From Moniliella sp. 'wahieum' (taxonomy: Eukaryota), in NCBI GenBank assembly GCA_003971905.1, contig RSEE01000057.1, positions 310,001 through 374,000 of the forward strand: a stretch of DNA of 64,000 nt, given 5' to 3'. The position numbers and the translations under genes were made by a program. Shown here one piece after another: positions 1-12,336 of the stretch (position 1 is the first letter of the stretch; every line of letters begins with the position of its first letter). The notes under the pieces are model-generated. The model did not search any database and was not told where the DNA came from. It worked only from the letters and a program-made list of their open reading frames with translations.

Positions 1-3000
1 CCATGGCGGGCCCCAGTAATGGTAGATTCGGCGATGGACGACGCATGGTTGATCGACTCGATCCAGCCTGCCACATCAATCCAGGACGCAGCAAACTGGG
101 TACAGATCGCATCATCCGTGTGGGCACCATCGAAAAATGTTAGCAAGTCAGGAGGGACCGGGCGGGACCATGCCCGGGGCCCTGCCCCCATTGAGGCGGG
201 CCCAACGGGGTAGAGCTTGGTATACTGGGAATATGAGAAAATGAACTGGTGCTTTTGTTGCCCTTTCTGCTGTCCAATCCACCACTCCCTAAGAACGAGG
301 AGGATTGGAAACCTAGGGGGCCTGGGGGGGGTGTGCTGGAACCAACACTGGGGCGCGAGCCTGCTTCATAGCCTGCGCGGCCAGAATGCTCCCGCTCCAC
401 ATCTCCTCCATCATGTTCCCCGGGCCCATCATGCACATCATGAGCCACGGGAGAATCAATGTCAAACGAACCGTCCCGTCCACTTTCCGCCTGTGGCAAT
501 TCTGGGGTCGGTCCAGAAGATTGGAGGGCCAGCAAGGCTGCATCAGCAACTGTGTTGGCCATAGGGCGCCGACGGTGAGATCGTGCAAGGTGGCGACGGC
601 TTTCTTCACGGCCAGATTGGACAGTAGTGGGGCTGACAGGGGATCCCGAAGCCCAACTTTCTTCACGGATCAGTTGGAGATCCCGCTCTCCAGGCCGCAG
701 ACGACGGGAACGACCCCTGTCAGTGGGTGCCAACGGAACAACTGGAATGCCCCCACTCTCAGCAGAGTTCCACCACGGCTGAGGGTGAGAAGGTGCTCCA
801 GAAATGGACGAAATAGCCTTGCAACTAGCTTCGTTACCGTCAGTGTCACACCCGCCCCATTTTCCCTGGGCTCTCAGTTGCGGGGGTTTGCAGATGGGTC
901 CTTGCTCTCGGGCGGCAAGGTCCATTTTTTGAAGGTGAGGAGATGTGAGAACGGGGATGCGGTGCATGCGACGGAGCAAGCCTTTAAGAGCCCCAAACGA
1001 GACAAACCGCCGTGGGTCAATCCCCAACTCGTCGGCGTTTGTCTCTGCACACCATTCCCCCACCGTTTTGGTTGGGGTGAACGCAGCAAATAGTTGAAGC
1101 AGCTTGGCATGCCCCACTATAGGGAACCGAGGGCGTGTAACGTACTGGCCACACTCGGTAAACAAGGCCGTATTACCTCCCTCTCGGGCCAGGAGTGGAC
1201 GAATAGTGTAGACGTTGGAGTACTGGAACATGTCGTTCATGGTAATACAGCCATAAATAAAAGGTGCTCCATGCACTGTCGCGTGAGATCCAAATCGGCG
1301 TCAGCTAACTGTGCGATACGACGCACATGGCGGACCCCGTCGATGAAGGGCACAACCTGGTCAAATGGCAAAGCATATCAGTTCTGCAACTAGTGTGTAC
1401 CTAGGTACAATAACGTGGGAAGGGAAAGCAAACGTACCTTGGTCATGGTGAGGTCCCAATCTCCGGTGATGCGTTCGGTTAAGTTGAGCAGGGCAACTGG
1501 CACATCCCAATCGTGAGCCTCGGGGGGGTTGGGGTACGTGGGGAAAAGTTTGACATTGATAGCATCTTGCACGGTCCGACCGAGCCCATGAGGAGGCTCG
1601 CGACGCTTGGGGAGCAGCCCCTGAGATACAGGCGAAAATAAAGTGGGGCCAGGAAGACTGGGATCTTGATCTAGGCCTTCTTTGGTCATGGGACCTGCAG
1701 CTGCTTGGGACAAATTGGACAGGTATTGCTGTAGCCGTTTCCCCTCGTCTGAGTCTCCAAGCGATTGAAGTACTTTGGCTTCCAGCTCATCCTCGACCTT
1801 GTTTGCCCTATCCCAGTCAGGGGAGAAGAACTTTCTTTTCTGGCGAGGCGGAGAGAGGTGGTTTCGGCGCATAATGCTCTCGGCCACTTGAGGGGAATTG
1901 ACTGCAAGCCTAGGGGTGGTGGGATCGGAATGACGAAAGTTGGTATGCGGCTCAATGGGTAAAGAGATAAAGGACTCGCAATACGAGTTGAGATCTTCGT
2001 AGAGCTGTTCGCAGACATTGTGCATACGACGCAAGTTGTGGGGTTGACTTAGAAACCCCGAAGAAAGTTCGAGGTCGCGTAGAGATCGAGCGCATTTCCG
2101 CACCACGCTCTCGTACGCCATTGTGTTTGCTCCCTCTTCAAAGACAAAACACAAGTTGTACACTAAGTTCATCCGTTCATACTTTTCGTGTTGCAGGGCA
2201 ACCGGATGCGAAACGATCTTGTATCCTGTCGGTCCACGGGAAAAATAGGACGATTGGGATGACGAGGGAGAAGACGAAGTTGCCTTGAAGGAAGATTGCT
2301 CATTCGTATGGTGATGTGACTTCTTCTTTTGGGGATGCCCTTCCAAACTGGAAGGACGTAGGGCAGGGACAGAACAGATGAGCAAACGACCGCACATGGT
2401 TGGGGGAGGGATCAGGAGATGATCCACCTTCTTGAAGTCAAATATCTGTGGAGATGCCGCTGGAGGGGCGGGTGATGAGAAGGAAGCTTCATCTCCCGAA
2501 AAACAGTTGCCGAGGGAAGTCGGTGGTGTCAAGGCACTTTGTTCTTCTTGATCCCGTCTCTTCCTGCGGTGAGGAGGGCATATATTTGCACTGTCCGAAC
2601 CCTCCGCGGCACGGATCGTGATGCCGCTCGCTCCCGAGTTGAGATTGACCAAGGTAGGGGCGGGTGTATCATTGAGCGACAGAGAACTTAAGCCAGGATC
2701 GTCGAGACACAACCGGTGCGAGATACTGCTGGGGGAGGTGCTACTCGGGCATGCGTCCCGACACGGGGTGGTGGGTGGCCCGGACCCGGATATGGGAGCA
2801 AGGATACTCGAGACACGGTCAACGCCCTTGGAAGCAGGGTCAAATCGGGTATGACGCAAGTCTCGCAGGTGGGCGGGGGCCGAGGGGGGCGAGTGGAGCA
2901 CGAAGGTGTGGTGTCGGTTTGCGGCATCGGGCGTTGGGCCGGGCCAGGCTCCGGGCTGGACTGGCCAGCGACGCTGCCCTCGGGCACATCGTACAGGACG

Positions 3001-3092
3001 ATGGGGCCGTGCTGAGGGTGGAAGATGGCGAAGAAGACGCTGACGAGGCGAGGGATGCCCGTGCCGTCGCCTGCCTGGAGCATTGCCGCCAT
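1..3092 (-). CDS. NPR2: Nitrogen permease regulator 2 (GATOR1/SEACIT subunit, NPRL2 family); runs off the left edge
   Basis: N-terminus MAAMLQ...LVSVFFAIFHPQHGPIVLYDVPEG; central KIVSHPVALQHEKYERMNLVYNLCFVF, INVKLFPTYPNPP and WDLTMTK; intron 1437-1357 (GTACGT..CAG), then VVPFIDGVRHVRRIAQLADAD and MFQYSNVY; C-terminal FDGAHTDDAICTQF near 140-90. Several indel frameshifts. Confidence 0.9.
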
Positions 3093-4333
3093 GGCAGCCG
3101 GTTCGGGGGGCTGGTGGTGGTGGCGAGCTGGCGGTGTTGGGCGGAAAAGACAACACCCGCAAAAATATATTGGACGTTGGAACTTCGATCGAGATGCACG
3201 CAGCATGGACGCGCGCGCCCCACGCCCACACACGCGCACGCTGTCCGGCGCCTGAACGTTTGAAACGCGCCACGTAGAAGTCACCAGTTGCCGCGTACCC
3301 AAGCCTGACATGCTTGAAGCTTCGCGTGAAGCTCGAGATCTGAGATCTGAGAGGCCCCGGCGGCCCCAACGCCCTCAGCGCCTCCACACTCTCCGCCTCA
3401 GGTGAGACCCAGGATCCATCCATCACGCCGATCACGCCGATGTGATCACCGATAACCCATTCGCGAGTTTATCGATTGTCGATTGTCGGTTGTTGGTCGA
3501 TTATCGCAGTGAATATTGAATAGGCTTTGTCCGTCGATGATCGATGACCGGTGACCGGTGACCGGTGGACAATGATCGATGATCTATGATAATCGATGAT
3601 GCATGACAGAGGTTCTGCGCTCCCTCCTGCACCAACCAACATTTACGCCAGCAAACTCACCTGAATCCTCACAGCTGCACTCAGCATTCCATCCATGGAA
3701 CATCCAACGTTGTGCAATGGCGTCCGCTGTCTGTACCCCTGGGTTGTTGTCACTTCGCGCGCGTCCCTCGTGTTTACCGAAAGGGAGCATGCTCCCTTCG
3801 ATCTAGATCCATGTTCTCTCTCCTAATAGCGGAGGGGTGAAGAGGGTGGGGCCATTTCATTGTATGCCTACTGATGTCGGCTTCACTTGATTTGTATCAC
3901 CATCCTCTTGCCATTCTTCAGCTTTGGTTCAGACAACTCTGGTGCATCTCCCAACTTTGCAGCAGTCACAGACCGGTGACCACACTAGGTCTTGTTTTTG
4001 TTCTTCCAGTTTGTTGCCATTGAAATCCAGTATCCAGTCTCCTCCACACACAGGGCTCCGCTGAGAATCCTACTAGTGTCTAGCTGTTTCGAGTGTCTAG
4101 TTGTTCTAGTGACGGGACCTGTCTAACCCTGACGTTTCCCTACTATTTGTCGGCACAGTAGAAGTATGACATGTTCAGTTGATTAGACAAGGACAGCCAT
4201 CAGTATAAAACGAGAAGTAGAGATGTTGGAGAACGAATAAAGATGGTGGAACCTGGAGTTGGACACTTGCGCAAGCGCGTTTGGTTGTAAAGGTATTACG
4301 GGGACTGTGAATAGAAGAAATGCTCTAAGCTCA

Positions 4334-5513
4334 CTAGGCTTGAGCCTTCTTCTCGGCCGCAGCGCGTGCAAGGTGGTGGTCGAACAGGCGTTCGGCGCGC
4401 GTCCAGACTGCGCCCTCGCCCTCGGCTGGAGAAGGGTTGACGGGACCCTTGACCCCCGTCACCAGAGGCAGTTGCAGAAGCGAGGGCAACAGATCAGCAC
4501 TGAAGCCTTCGCTTGCTTCGCGGGGAAGCAGTGTGGGAAGGTGGTCAATCGAAATGACAGTCAATGGCTCCCCTTCAGCGGCCACACCGGTGAGCGGCAC
4601 ATCGACCGTTGGCTCATCAAACGTGGTGTTGATGTTGTAGATAGGGATTGGGTTGTTGGGGTTGGTCGTGTCACAACTCACGTCCACGACCGAGCCAAGA
4701 CGGCGGTTCTTGCCAGCAGCTTCAATGAACTCTTGGGTGAGGAAAGGAGGAATCTTCTCGCGAAGGTAGATGGCGTTGAGGAAGATGTCCACATCGAGCA
4801 TTTCGGGGTACGGACCCGACTTGGCCGTCGTCTCTGCGATATCCAAGCGGACAATGTCCTCCGGCGCAACCCCAGCCTTCTCGAAAAAGTCGATTGCTCC
4901 ACGGCCGCAGCGTCCGAGGGCGCCAACCACCAACGCGCGCACCTTGCCATCTGGGCGCGACTTGCGGATCACCTCGATGCGCTGCTGGGCGTGCTTGACG
5001 AGCTCGTCCTCGTTCGGGTAAAAGTCTTGCTTACCCAACCGCTTTCCCTCAACCTGCTCAGCAAGTGCCAGTAGACCCAATGCAGCACCAGCAAATCCTG
5101 CGTGCCAGCCAAATGCAGCAACCCGACGGCCGTTGGCGTCCTCTAGAAACTCGAGATCGTACAGCTTACCACCGCCCTGCTGAAAGCGGTCCAGGACGTC
5201 GACCCAGCCACCTTGGTTCTTGTAGCAGTGGGCGAATTGGATGTGCGTGTGGGGCAGAGGAGGTCCCGGAGCTGGGAGTTCCTTGAGCCCGAAATAGGGA
5301 TTTCCTTGTCGATCGTGGGCCACGTGTTGTAGGGCGCCAGCTTGGCGCCGACCGCCTCAAATTCTTCGTCGTCAAAAATGCGCTGGGGGTCACGCTCCAC
5401 CGTTACGTCTCCCACCCAGCATCAATCAGGGCCTTGGCGGTGGTAGGGGTGAGAGCGGAGTGCTCATGGGGCTTAGCCTCGCTACGGAGGTAGATGCGCT
5501 GCTGCTGGGACAT
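4334..5513 (-). CDS. LYS1: Saccharopine dehydrogenase (NAD+, L-lysine-forming)
   Basis: MSQQQRIYLRSEAKPHE..SALTPTTAKALI, GLKELP, HIQFAHCYKNQGGW, LYDLEFL, RRVAAFG, GALGRCGRGA, VDVSCDTTNPNNPIPIY, SIDHLPTLLPREAS; frameshifts in the 5' third. Confidence 0.95.
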
Positions 5514-6143
5514 TCTGGGTGGTGGGCTGGAGGGAAGAAAGTGGGCAGTGGGGGGGGGGCAGTGGCGAATGGTGGGGGGGCAACGAAAGAAAAGCCTCGC
5601 ACGGGCTTTTTATGGCGGTCGGGTTAGCTGTCTGGCAGCTGTGACTGCGGCTGTGACTAGGCTTGGGCTCAGCGCTCATATCCAGTTGCCCGGATTTGCG
5701 ACGCACCAGTTTTTTCTTCTCCCCCGTCTGCCAAGGGGAGATGGGCACTCCCCGATTCCTCCTCCTCCCCCCCTCGCGAAATCAGACTCGACCCAACCGC
5801 ACCGGTCCATATGTTGGATGGCTTGTGTTGGTTTGCTTGGGCATACGTTGGTCTGCAGCCGGGGTGGTCTTGCTACCCCCGCGCGCCTTCTTCTTTTATT
5901 TAGTATATGTACCCTGTATGGTTGGTGGAGCCGGCCCCGCCATCCCCTCAGCCTCCATTCCCCTCGTTATGCTCTTCCCTTTAAAGTTTTTGTCTCTTGT
6001 GACCCCACCCTCCATCCACCCCATTTTCTAGGCCCTTTGGGCCGGATTTGCACTCCATCCGCCCCCCTCTTACTTCCCTAGTCTCACACCACAGTCCCTT
6101 CCTTGTATGCCACGAGATGTAGCTCTTAGAGAGTTGGGGATGC

Positions 6144-6215
6144 ATGGTATGGTATGGTATGGTATGGTATGGTATGGTATGGTATGGTATGGTATGGTAT
6201 GGTATGGTATGGTAT
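6144..6215. repeat. Perfect pentanucleotide microsatellite (ATGGT)14
   Basis: Uninterrupted ATGGT units read directly from 6144 to 6213, plus AT. Confidence 0.97.
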
Positions 6216-6841
6216 CGACCGGCCCATCCCAGTGGCTGATCGAAGATGCCAGAAAGAGGTTCAATTGAAATGGGAAGGGTGCGCCATGCCAGCAGCTCAA
6301 TATGTCGAGGCTCAACGTCAACGCCATACTCATCCTGCACCGCCGGCGTCCGTTGCCCTCACCTTCCTCAGTCTGATGGGCCTTAGCGAGTCAGGCCAGA
6401 AAGATGGGTTGGGGATGCACAGATCGCGCCCTCGTGCCCAACCCCTCCGAGAGATGGACGATGGAGCGTGCACGCCTTGCCCCATCTCCTGCGCCGCACC
6501 TTGGGCAGGGTTTTCATTTTCTACCTTGGTTGCGCTCCCACCAACCACCACGAGACGGGGTCCTACTACCTTCTCTCATCTCGTCTATAGTAACAGAGAT
6601 TCGGTTTCAGAGTCCTGGTTGAATGAGGGGTCGTATTGGTGACTAGGGGCAGGCGCAGGGCACCATCCCGGATCGGGGGGCAAGGCATGGGCATGGTGGT
6701 CGCCTGGGTGGACAAGTTAGCAACCAGAGCCAGCAGACGTCGCGCCAGTCCCGGTGGAAGGAGAGAAGTACGGAATCAGAGGAGAAAGGGGCGCAAACGA
6801 ACCTGGCCAGGAAGAGGGTGCGAGCTAGCTGGTCGCATGGC

Positions 6842-7212
6842 TCAATGGGAGAGGTAGTGGCGGCCCTTGGCGCGCCGACGAGCCAGGATCTTACGGCCAG
6901 CCTTGGTGCGGAGCCGGGCGCGGAAGCCGAATTTGCGCTTGCGCTTCTGGGTGTTGGGCTGGTAGTCGGTACCACGGCAGACGTGGCGCTTGAGCATGCC
7001 AGGCGTAGAGGGGAGCAGGGCAGAGGTGGGGGAGAGCCACGGACCAGACCGCTGGAGTGGAAACGCGGGACGAGCCCGGCGAGCAGCGGCGCCGAGGGAG
7101 CGGCAGGGGCGCGGGCGAGCGCAACGGGGCGCACAATGGCCGTGCCGCTGGGCGCGCGGACAGAGGCACGCAGGACACGCACCGTCGACGAGAAGCGGAA
7201 GGAGCTGCGCAT
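6842..7212 (-). CDS. MRPL34: Mitochondrial ribosomal protein L34 (bL34m) with N-terminal targeting presequence
   Basis: Arg/Ser/Ala-rich presequence [22 protein letters not shown]...; after a frameshift, [44 protein letters not shown] (stop TGA 6844-6842), the L34 signature. This frame is not listed in the ORF track. Confidence 0.92.
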
Positions 7213-7986
7213 CGTCTCGGCTGGGCTGGTGGTCGCGCTACTCGTGTTGGCGCCCGTCAGCACGACCAGTGGCCCGCCAGGAAGGTCCCGGGCGGAACGG
7301 GAGGGAACAAACACCATTCCGCCCTCGGCTCGCTGGTTGAACATGAACTTGAAACGTTCAAGTTCAAGTGACTATTGAAGCTCTGGGGTCTGGAAGCCGG
7401 GTGCCTGAAATGTAAAACGTTGCATGCCATCCTGCAAAACATCGATCGACGCCGCCCAAACCGTCGCCTGCCTATATTCCCTCGCTGCGCTCCAGCCGCC
7501 CAAGCAGCAGCCCGGTGCTCATGCCACCAGCCTCTGGGCTTGCTATGCGACGGCACGGGTACCAATGGCATCCTACACCAGCCCAGACCAGCCCCACCCT
7601 CATCCAACCAAGAGCTACAAGTACAACGTACATTGGAACGTCAGGGAGCCATCCGGATCCCCGAGGCAGAGGAACAGGAACTCGAACGAGAGGGAGAGCG
7701 GGTAGGACAAAGGAATTACCAAAACGGGGGTAGGACCTCATAGCGAGGTCCACGGTCAGGGTGTCCTACGCAACAGCCCAATCCGCCAGGGACTGGGAGG
7801 GGGGTGGCGAGCCGAGAAGGAGAAGGACAGGCAGGTAGACGGAGGTATATCAAGAGTGGGGTAGGGCCGCCCCGAAAGGCGCTCTACCCATGGTAAACGG
7901 TGGAGGATTCTTATCCAGGAGGTTTCTCCTGGAGGGGGGGATTAGAAGGAGGTCAGGCTAAAGGCCAAAGGGCAGACCGCCCGAAA

Positions 7987-10536
7987 TTAAGGAGAAAAAG
8001 AAATTAACACAGCAAATGCTCCATCCCCTCGACCAGGACGGGGACATCGGATGCGGGGTAGTAGATGGGCTCGGTGCTTTCTCCCCCTTGGCCTCGCCAG
8101 CTTCCGGGGGCGCAAGCCACGGCGCATGGACGCGAAGCAAGCCGCAAGGGTGCTTTTGACCTGCCCCGCCGAAGGTCGTTCCAGCGGATCGGTCGACACC
8201 CATGGTCTCAACCAACGCGCGCGCCGCATCCGGCAACCGTCCTCCGCCGGGCAAGACAATAGCTGGCGTACCGTCGCGGTAGGGCGCAGGAGGCAAGGGG
8301 GAGGTACTCGCTACCAAACTTTCAGAGACCGGGTCCGAGTCGGGATCTTTGCGGTCCAGGTGGGTGCACTTGCGGTCGCGCAAGGACCCGGGAAAGGGTG
8401 AACGAACCGCGCCAACGCTTGGGCTTCGATCCGTTGGGCTTGCACACAGGCGCGGAGGGGGAGACGAAGCTGACCGCGTTGCGGTGGTGGAGAAGGATCG
8501 GACGAGGTGTCCACCATGTGAGTCTACCCGCGCCGCGTCAAAGGCGGAGAAGCATGGGCATCGACCAACGAAGTGGAAGAATGCGAGTACAACGACGCAG
8601 ACGATGCGCCCAACCCAAGCCCAACGTAGACGGTGACACGTTGGGAAGATAAAGTTGACGGAAATCTTCGTCCACTCCGAGGAGGCCAGCTACGGCGCGT
8701 GCGGCTTTGCGAGTCCCATGCGGACTGCCAACGAAGCTCCCAAGCCTAGACCGAGACCCGCAAGCCCGTCTGGCTCTTGTTCCACCAGCGCATCGGGTAC
8801 TGCGGTGCGGTGGACAAGTGGTGCACGGGCGCGTAGAGATGGGAGGAGGGTGCGGAGGTAAGCCCGGGGGAGGAGCAGAGATCAGAAGAAACACAAGTCG
8901 AGCTAGCCGAACTGGGCAGGCGAAGCGGCAGACCCGAAACGGATGTGGCAACTGGGCCAGCCAAACCTGACCCCCCTAACCCGGATCCCGAGCCCAACCC
9001 GGATCCCGAAGCAGCCGAAAGGATTGGTTCCATAGGTGTGGGAGAGACTGGCGCGTAGCTCGATCCTGTTCCTCCGTTTGGAAAAAGTGGGCTTTGCGAT
9101 GCAACAGTCGACCATGGAGGAGGCCTTGCTAAACGGCTCGACCCCACACGCTAGGCTGTACAGAACAGCACCCAAACTCCAAATATCAATCGCATAGTCG
9201 AAACCTTCGTGGCTATCTTGCCGCGCATGCATGCCGTGCACCGGGGGCGAGACGGGGAAGAAGGAGGACGAGTGCGAAGCGAGCCAGAACGGGTCAACTC
9301 GGGAGCTCCATAGGCCGGAGTGGAGAGACCTGCACCGTCAGTGGGCAGGTGGTCTGGGTCGAGCCAAAGGGTGGAGTTGAAGTCGCATAGTTTGATGCTC
9401 AGGTCTTCGGTCAACTAGATTGATTACAGGGAGGTCAGCATTGCCATCTTGACGCTCAAATGCAATAGAATAAAAGACAGAGACAAAGAGATACGTACCA
9501 ACACATTTTCCTTCTTGAGATCGGCGTGGACTGCACCTTGCTTATGCATCCAATCCAGTACATCGGCCAATTCCCACGCCCAGCGAAGCCAGCGGGCCAG
9601 GCTGATGGCATACGGATGTTGCTCACAAAACGTGGCCAGCGAAGTGGGCAGAAGCTCGAGGACGATCGTCACCTCAGCCGAGGGCGCCGGCCCCTCGCCC
9701 GACTCGGACGGCTCGTACTGCACATCCAACAATCGCACAATGCCCCTGTGACCTGACAGGCGGCGAAGGGAGAAGACTTCGTCGAGGCCCAAGGCCTGGG
9801 AAACCGAGTCAGAGTACAGGCGCTTGATGGCACACAACTGCCAGTGGGGATGGGCTTGCGCGCCCACCGCAGCTGAAGCTGGAGTTGAGGAGGGAGAGGG
9901 GGCACGCGGAGCCAGTGCAGGTGCCCAGGCGCCCAGGTACACTTGGCAGTTACGTCCCTCGCCCAGAATGAGGTCAGGGCGATGTGGCGCACGAAGGAGT
10001 GCGGTGGGGTGGTGCGGTACTGCTGGCGAATGAAGGCAGCCTCCTGCTGGCGCTGGACGTTGGAGCGGCGGCCGGTGGAGCGGCGGACAGGCAGGGCGGA
10101 CGAAGGTGAGCGCGGAGAGGAGGAGGGGGGTATGGGCGGGAGAGTCGCGTTTGATGCAGACATGTGTGTGGGAGAGGGTTTGGGCAAGGCAGTTGCGGGC
10201 GATAGGGCGGGTGAGAGCGCGGGGAGCGGGCGGGGGGCGTGAGAACGGGGGAGGGCGAGTCGAAGATGGAGTTGCGCGAGGGCACGCGGTGCATGGGGCC
10301 GGCGCCGCTCAGTGCAGTGGGCAGGCGGGGGTTGGTGGGCAAGGGAGGAGATAAGCAGGCTGGGTTGGGCGACGGAGAGTGGGCGGATGGGGGGAGGAAG
10401 GTGGTGGTGGCGGCAGCAGCCGCAGCGACGGCGGGGCGGCAGCAGTGTCGATGGCGAGCACGGGGCGCGGGGTGGGCGCAGGAGGGGGGGGCATGGCTGG
10501 GGGCGCAGCGGGCGGGGACACGCGGGGGGCAGCCAT
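7987..10536 (-). CDS. Ser/Thr protein kinase with Pro-rich N-terminus and a long insert between subdomains IX and XI (ends approximate)
   Basis: LGEGRNCQVYLG (Gly loop), CAIKR, HADLKKENVL, intron 9498-9415, IKLCDFN, STPAYGAPEL, DIWSLGAVLYSLACGVEPF, and a distal PDAARALVETM..STDPLERPSA at about 8230-8165. Confidence 0.85.
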
Positions 10537-12336
10537 GGGCGCGCGTGGGAGGAAGAAAAGCGGTGGTGGGGAGGGAGAAAGGAGGCGCGTGGCTGCGTCA
10601 TGCAAGTCATCTAGTCTAGTATCTATGTGGCCGTGCCCGGCTGCCGAGAGACCTGGGCTGGTCCACCACCTACCTGCCCGGCCGCTGCGGTGTGCCTGGC
10701 TGACATGTGGCATGTGGCCCGTGACGGCGTCTGCATGCCACACTGCAGCCGCCCCCACACTGTGCCTGCGCTGCGGCGGTGGCCCCCCGCCGACACAAGC
10801 GGCGCGTCGCTGCATTGCATCGGCTGCGTGGGCGTGTCAGCGCTCCGCCGGCCCCGTGCCGCGTCTGCGCTGGCGGGCGGGCGGCCTGCAGGAGGGAAAT
10901 GGCGCAGGCACTGCAAAAGGACGCAGCCGCACCCAAGCGTCCGTGTGCTGTACTGCATGCGGGGCCACAGCGGCCTGGTGCGGCGTCCCGGGCTCTTAGT
11001 CGGGCGGCCAGCTGCAGATCCAGCGCCCACCACCCACGGGGGCGCACAACTTGACACTGCCCCGAGCCCCCCAGGCAGCCGCCCGCCTCGTCCAGGGTCC
11101 AGGCCCGAGGCAACCGCAGGCAACCGCAGGCACCGCAGGCAACCACGTCCAGGACAGACAGTGGGGCTGCTGCCCGCTGCTCTCCACAGCGGCCGATCCA
11201 CGATGCTCGCAGGCCAGCCCTTGGCGCTGGCCTAGCCCTTGGCCCTTGCCCTTTGTTGCTTGATTTGATGCTTAGGTCTTGGGCGCTCGGGCGCTCAGGC
11301 CTCAGGCCTCAGTACTGCCACTACTGCTGTCTGCATTGGGGGCTGAACAAGTGCCAGCTGGTAACCCTATAACCCGAGTCTGGCCGGCGAATAGCGGCGA
11401 ACTCGCCGGACACGCCACGCTCTGCTGCTACGGGGCCTCGGGTGTCTGGCGCCGGGCAAGGCGATGTTGCACGCCGGACCAGCCACATTCCACCCCCCTG
11501 GACAGATGCGCGAGGGGAGGACATGGGCGGCGCGTCATGGTGTCTTGCTTGCCTGACTTGCCCCTCCCCCTTTTTTCCTCCTTTTTCTCTCGGTTTCCTA
11601 TTTCCCACCGCATGACCACGGGCACTGGAATAAGGGGCAGGAGCGGGCTAGCGGGCCCACGCTTTCTTCTGCCATGTGATACGACCGCACCTGGACAGGG
11701 CGCATCGAGCATGGAAACTGATATCGCGTATCACATGTGGACGGGAGCCCGGTAGCATATGATTTTCTTGGTGCCAGCGGCTTGGCACAGACACATCACT
11801 GATGGGCCTGAGGAGCGCAGACGAGGTCACCGGTCAGCTCGGTCACCGGCCGGATACGGTCAGGCGCATCCTCCGCACCATCAGAGGCAAGCTCCCAACA
11901 ATGTCCGACAGCTTCCCACAGTCCGTATGGGCCAGGTGCGATCGACAGATGCAGGTGTGATATGGTGCGGCGGAGGCCATGGAGGCAGACAGCTTACAGC
12001 ATGATGCATGGGGCATGTGTGATGTGTATGTACCATGTAATGCATACACCTCAACGGCGACTATACTTGTGTGATATGATACGAGGTAATTCAATACACC
12101 ATCTTCTGCGTTGGGCTGCAGGCACAGTACTCCTTTTAAGCCGACGGCCAGCCCGACACTTGTGTTCTCGAGTTGTCGCCCAAAAGCTAGCACGCGATAC
12201 TAAGGCTCCCAATTCTCTACTACCAAAAGCAGAACACCCAACGCATTCCAGTATAACATATCAGTATTCAGTACCCTTACTAAGTAGCTTTATTATTGGT
12301 ATCACAATCCAATAACGCAACAGATCCATCCATCCA

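Noticed and set aside
5981..6642. ORFs with WYGMV / YHTIP peptide repeats
   Set aside because: These are translations of the ATGGT microsatellite.
7655..7735. RNase MRP/P RNA (TCCCCG ... ACGGGG)
   Set aside because: Lacks the GAAAG of conserved region I, and the two halves are only ~70 nt apart.
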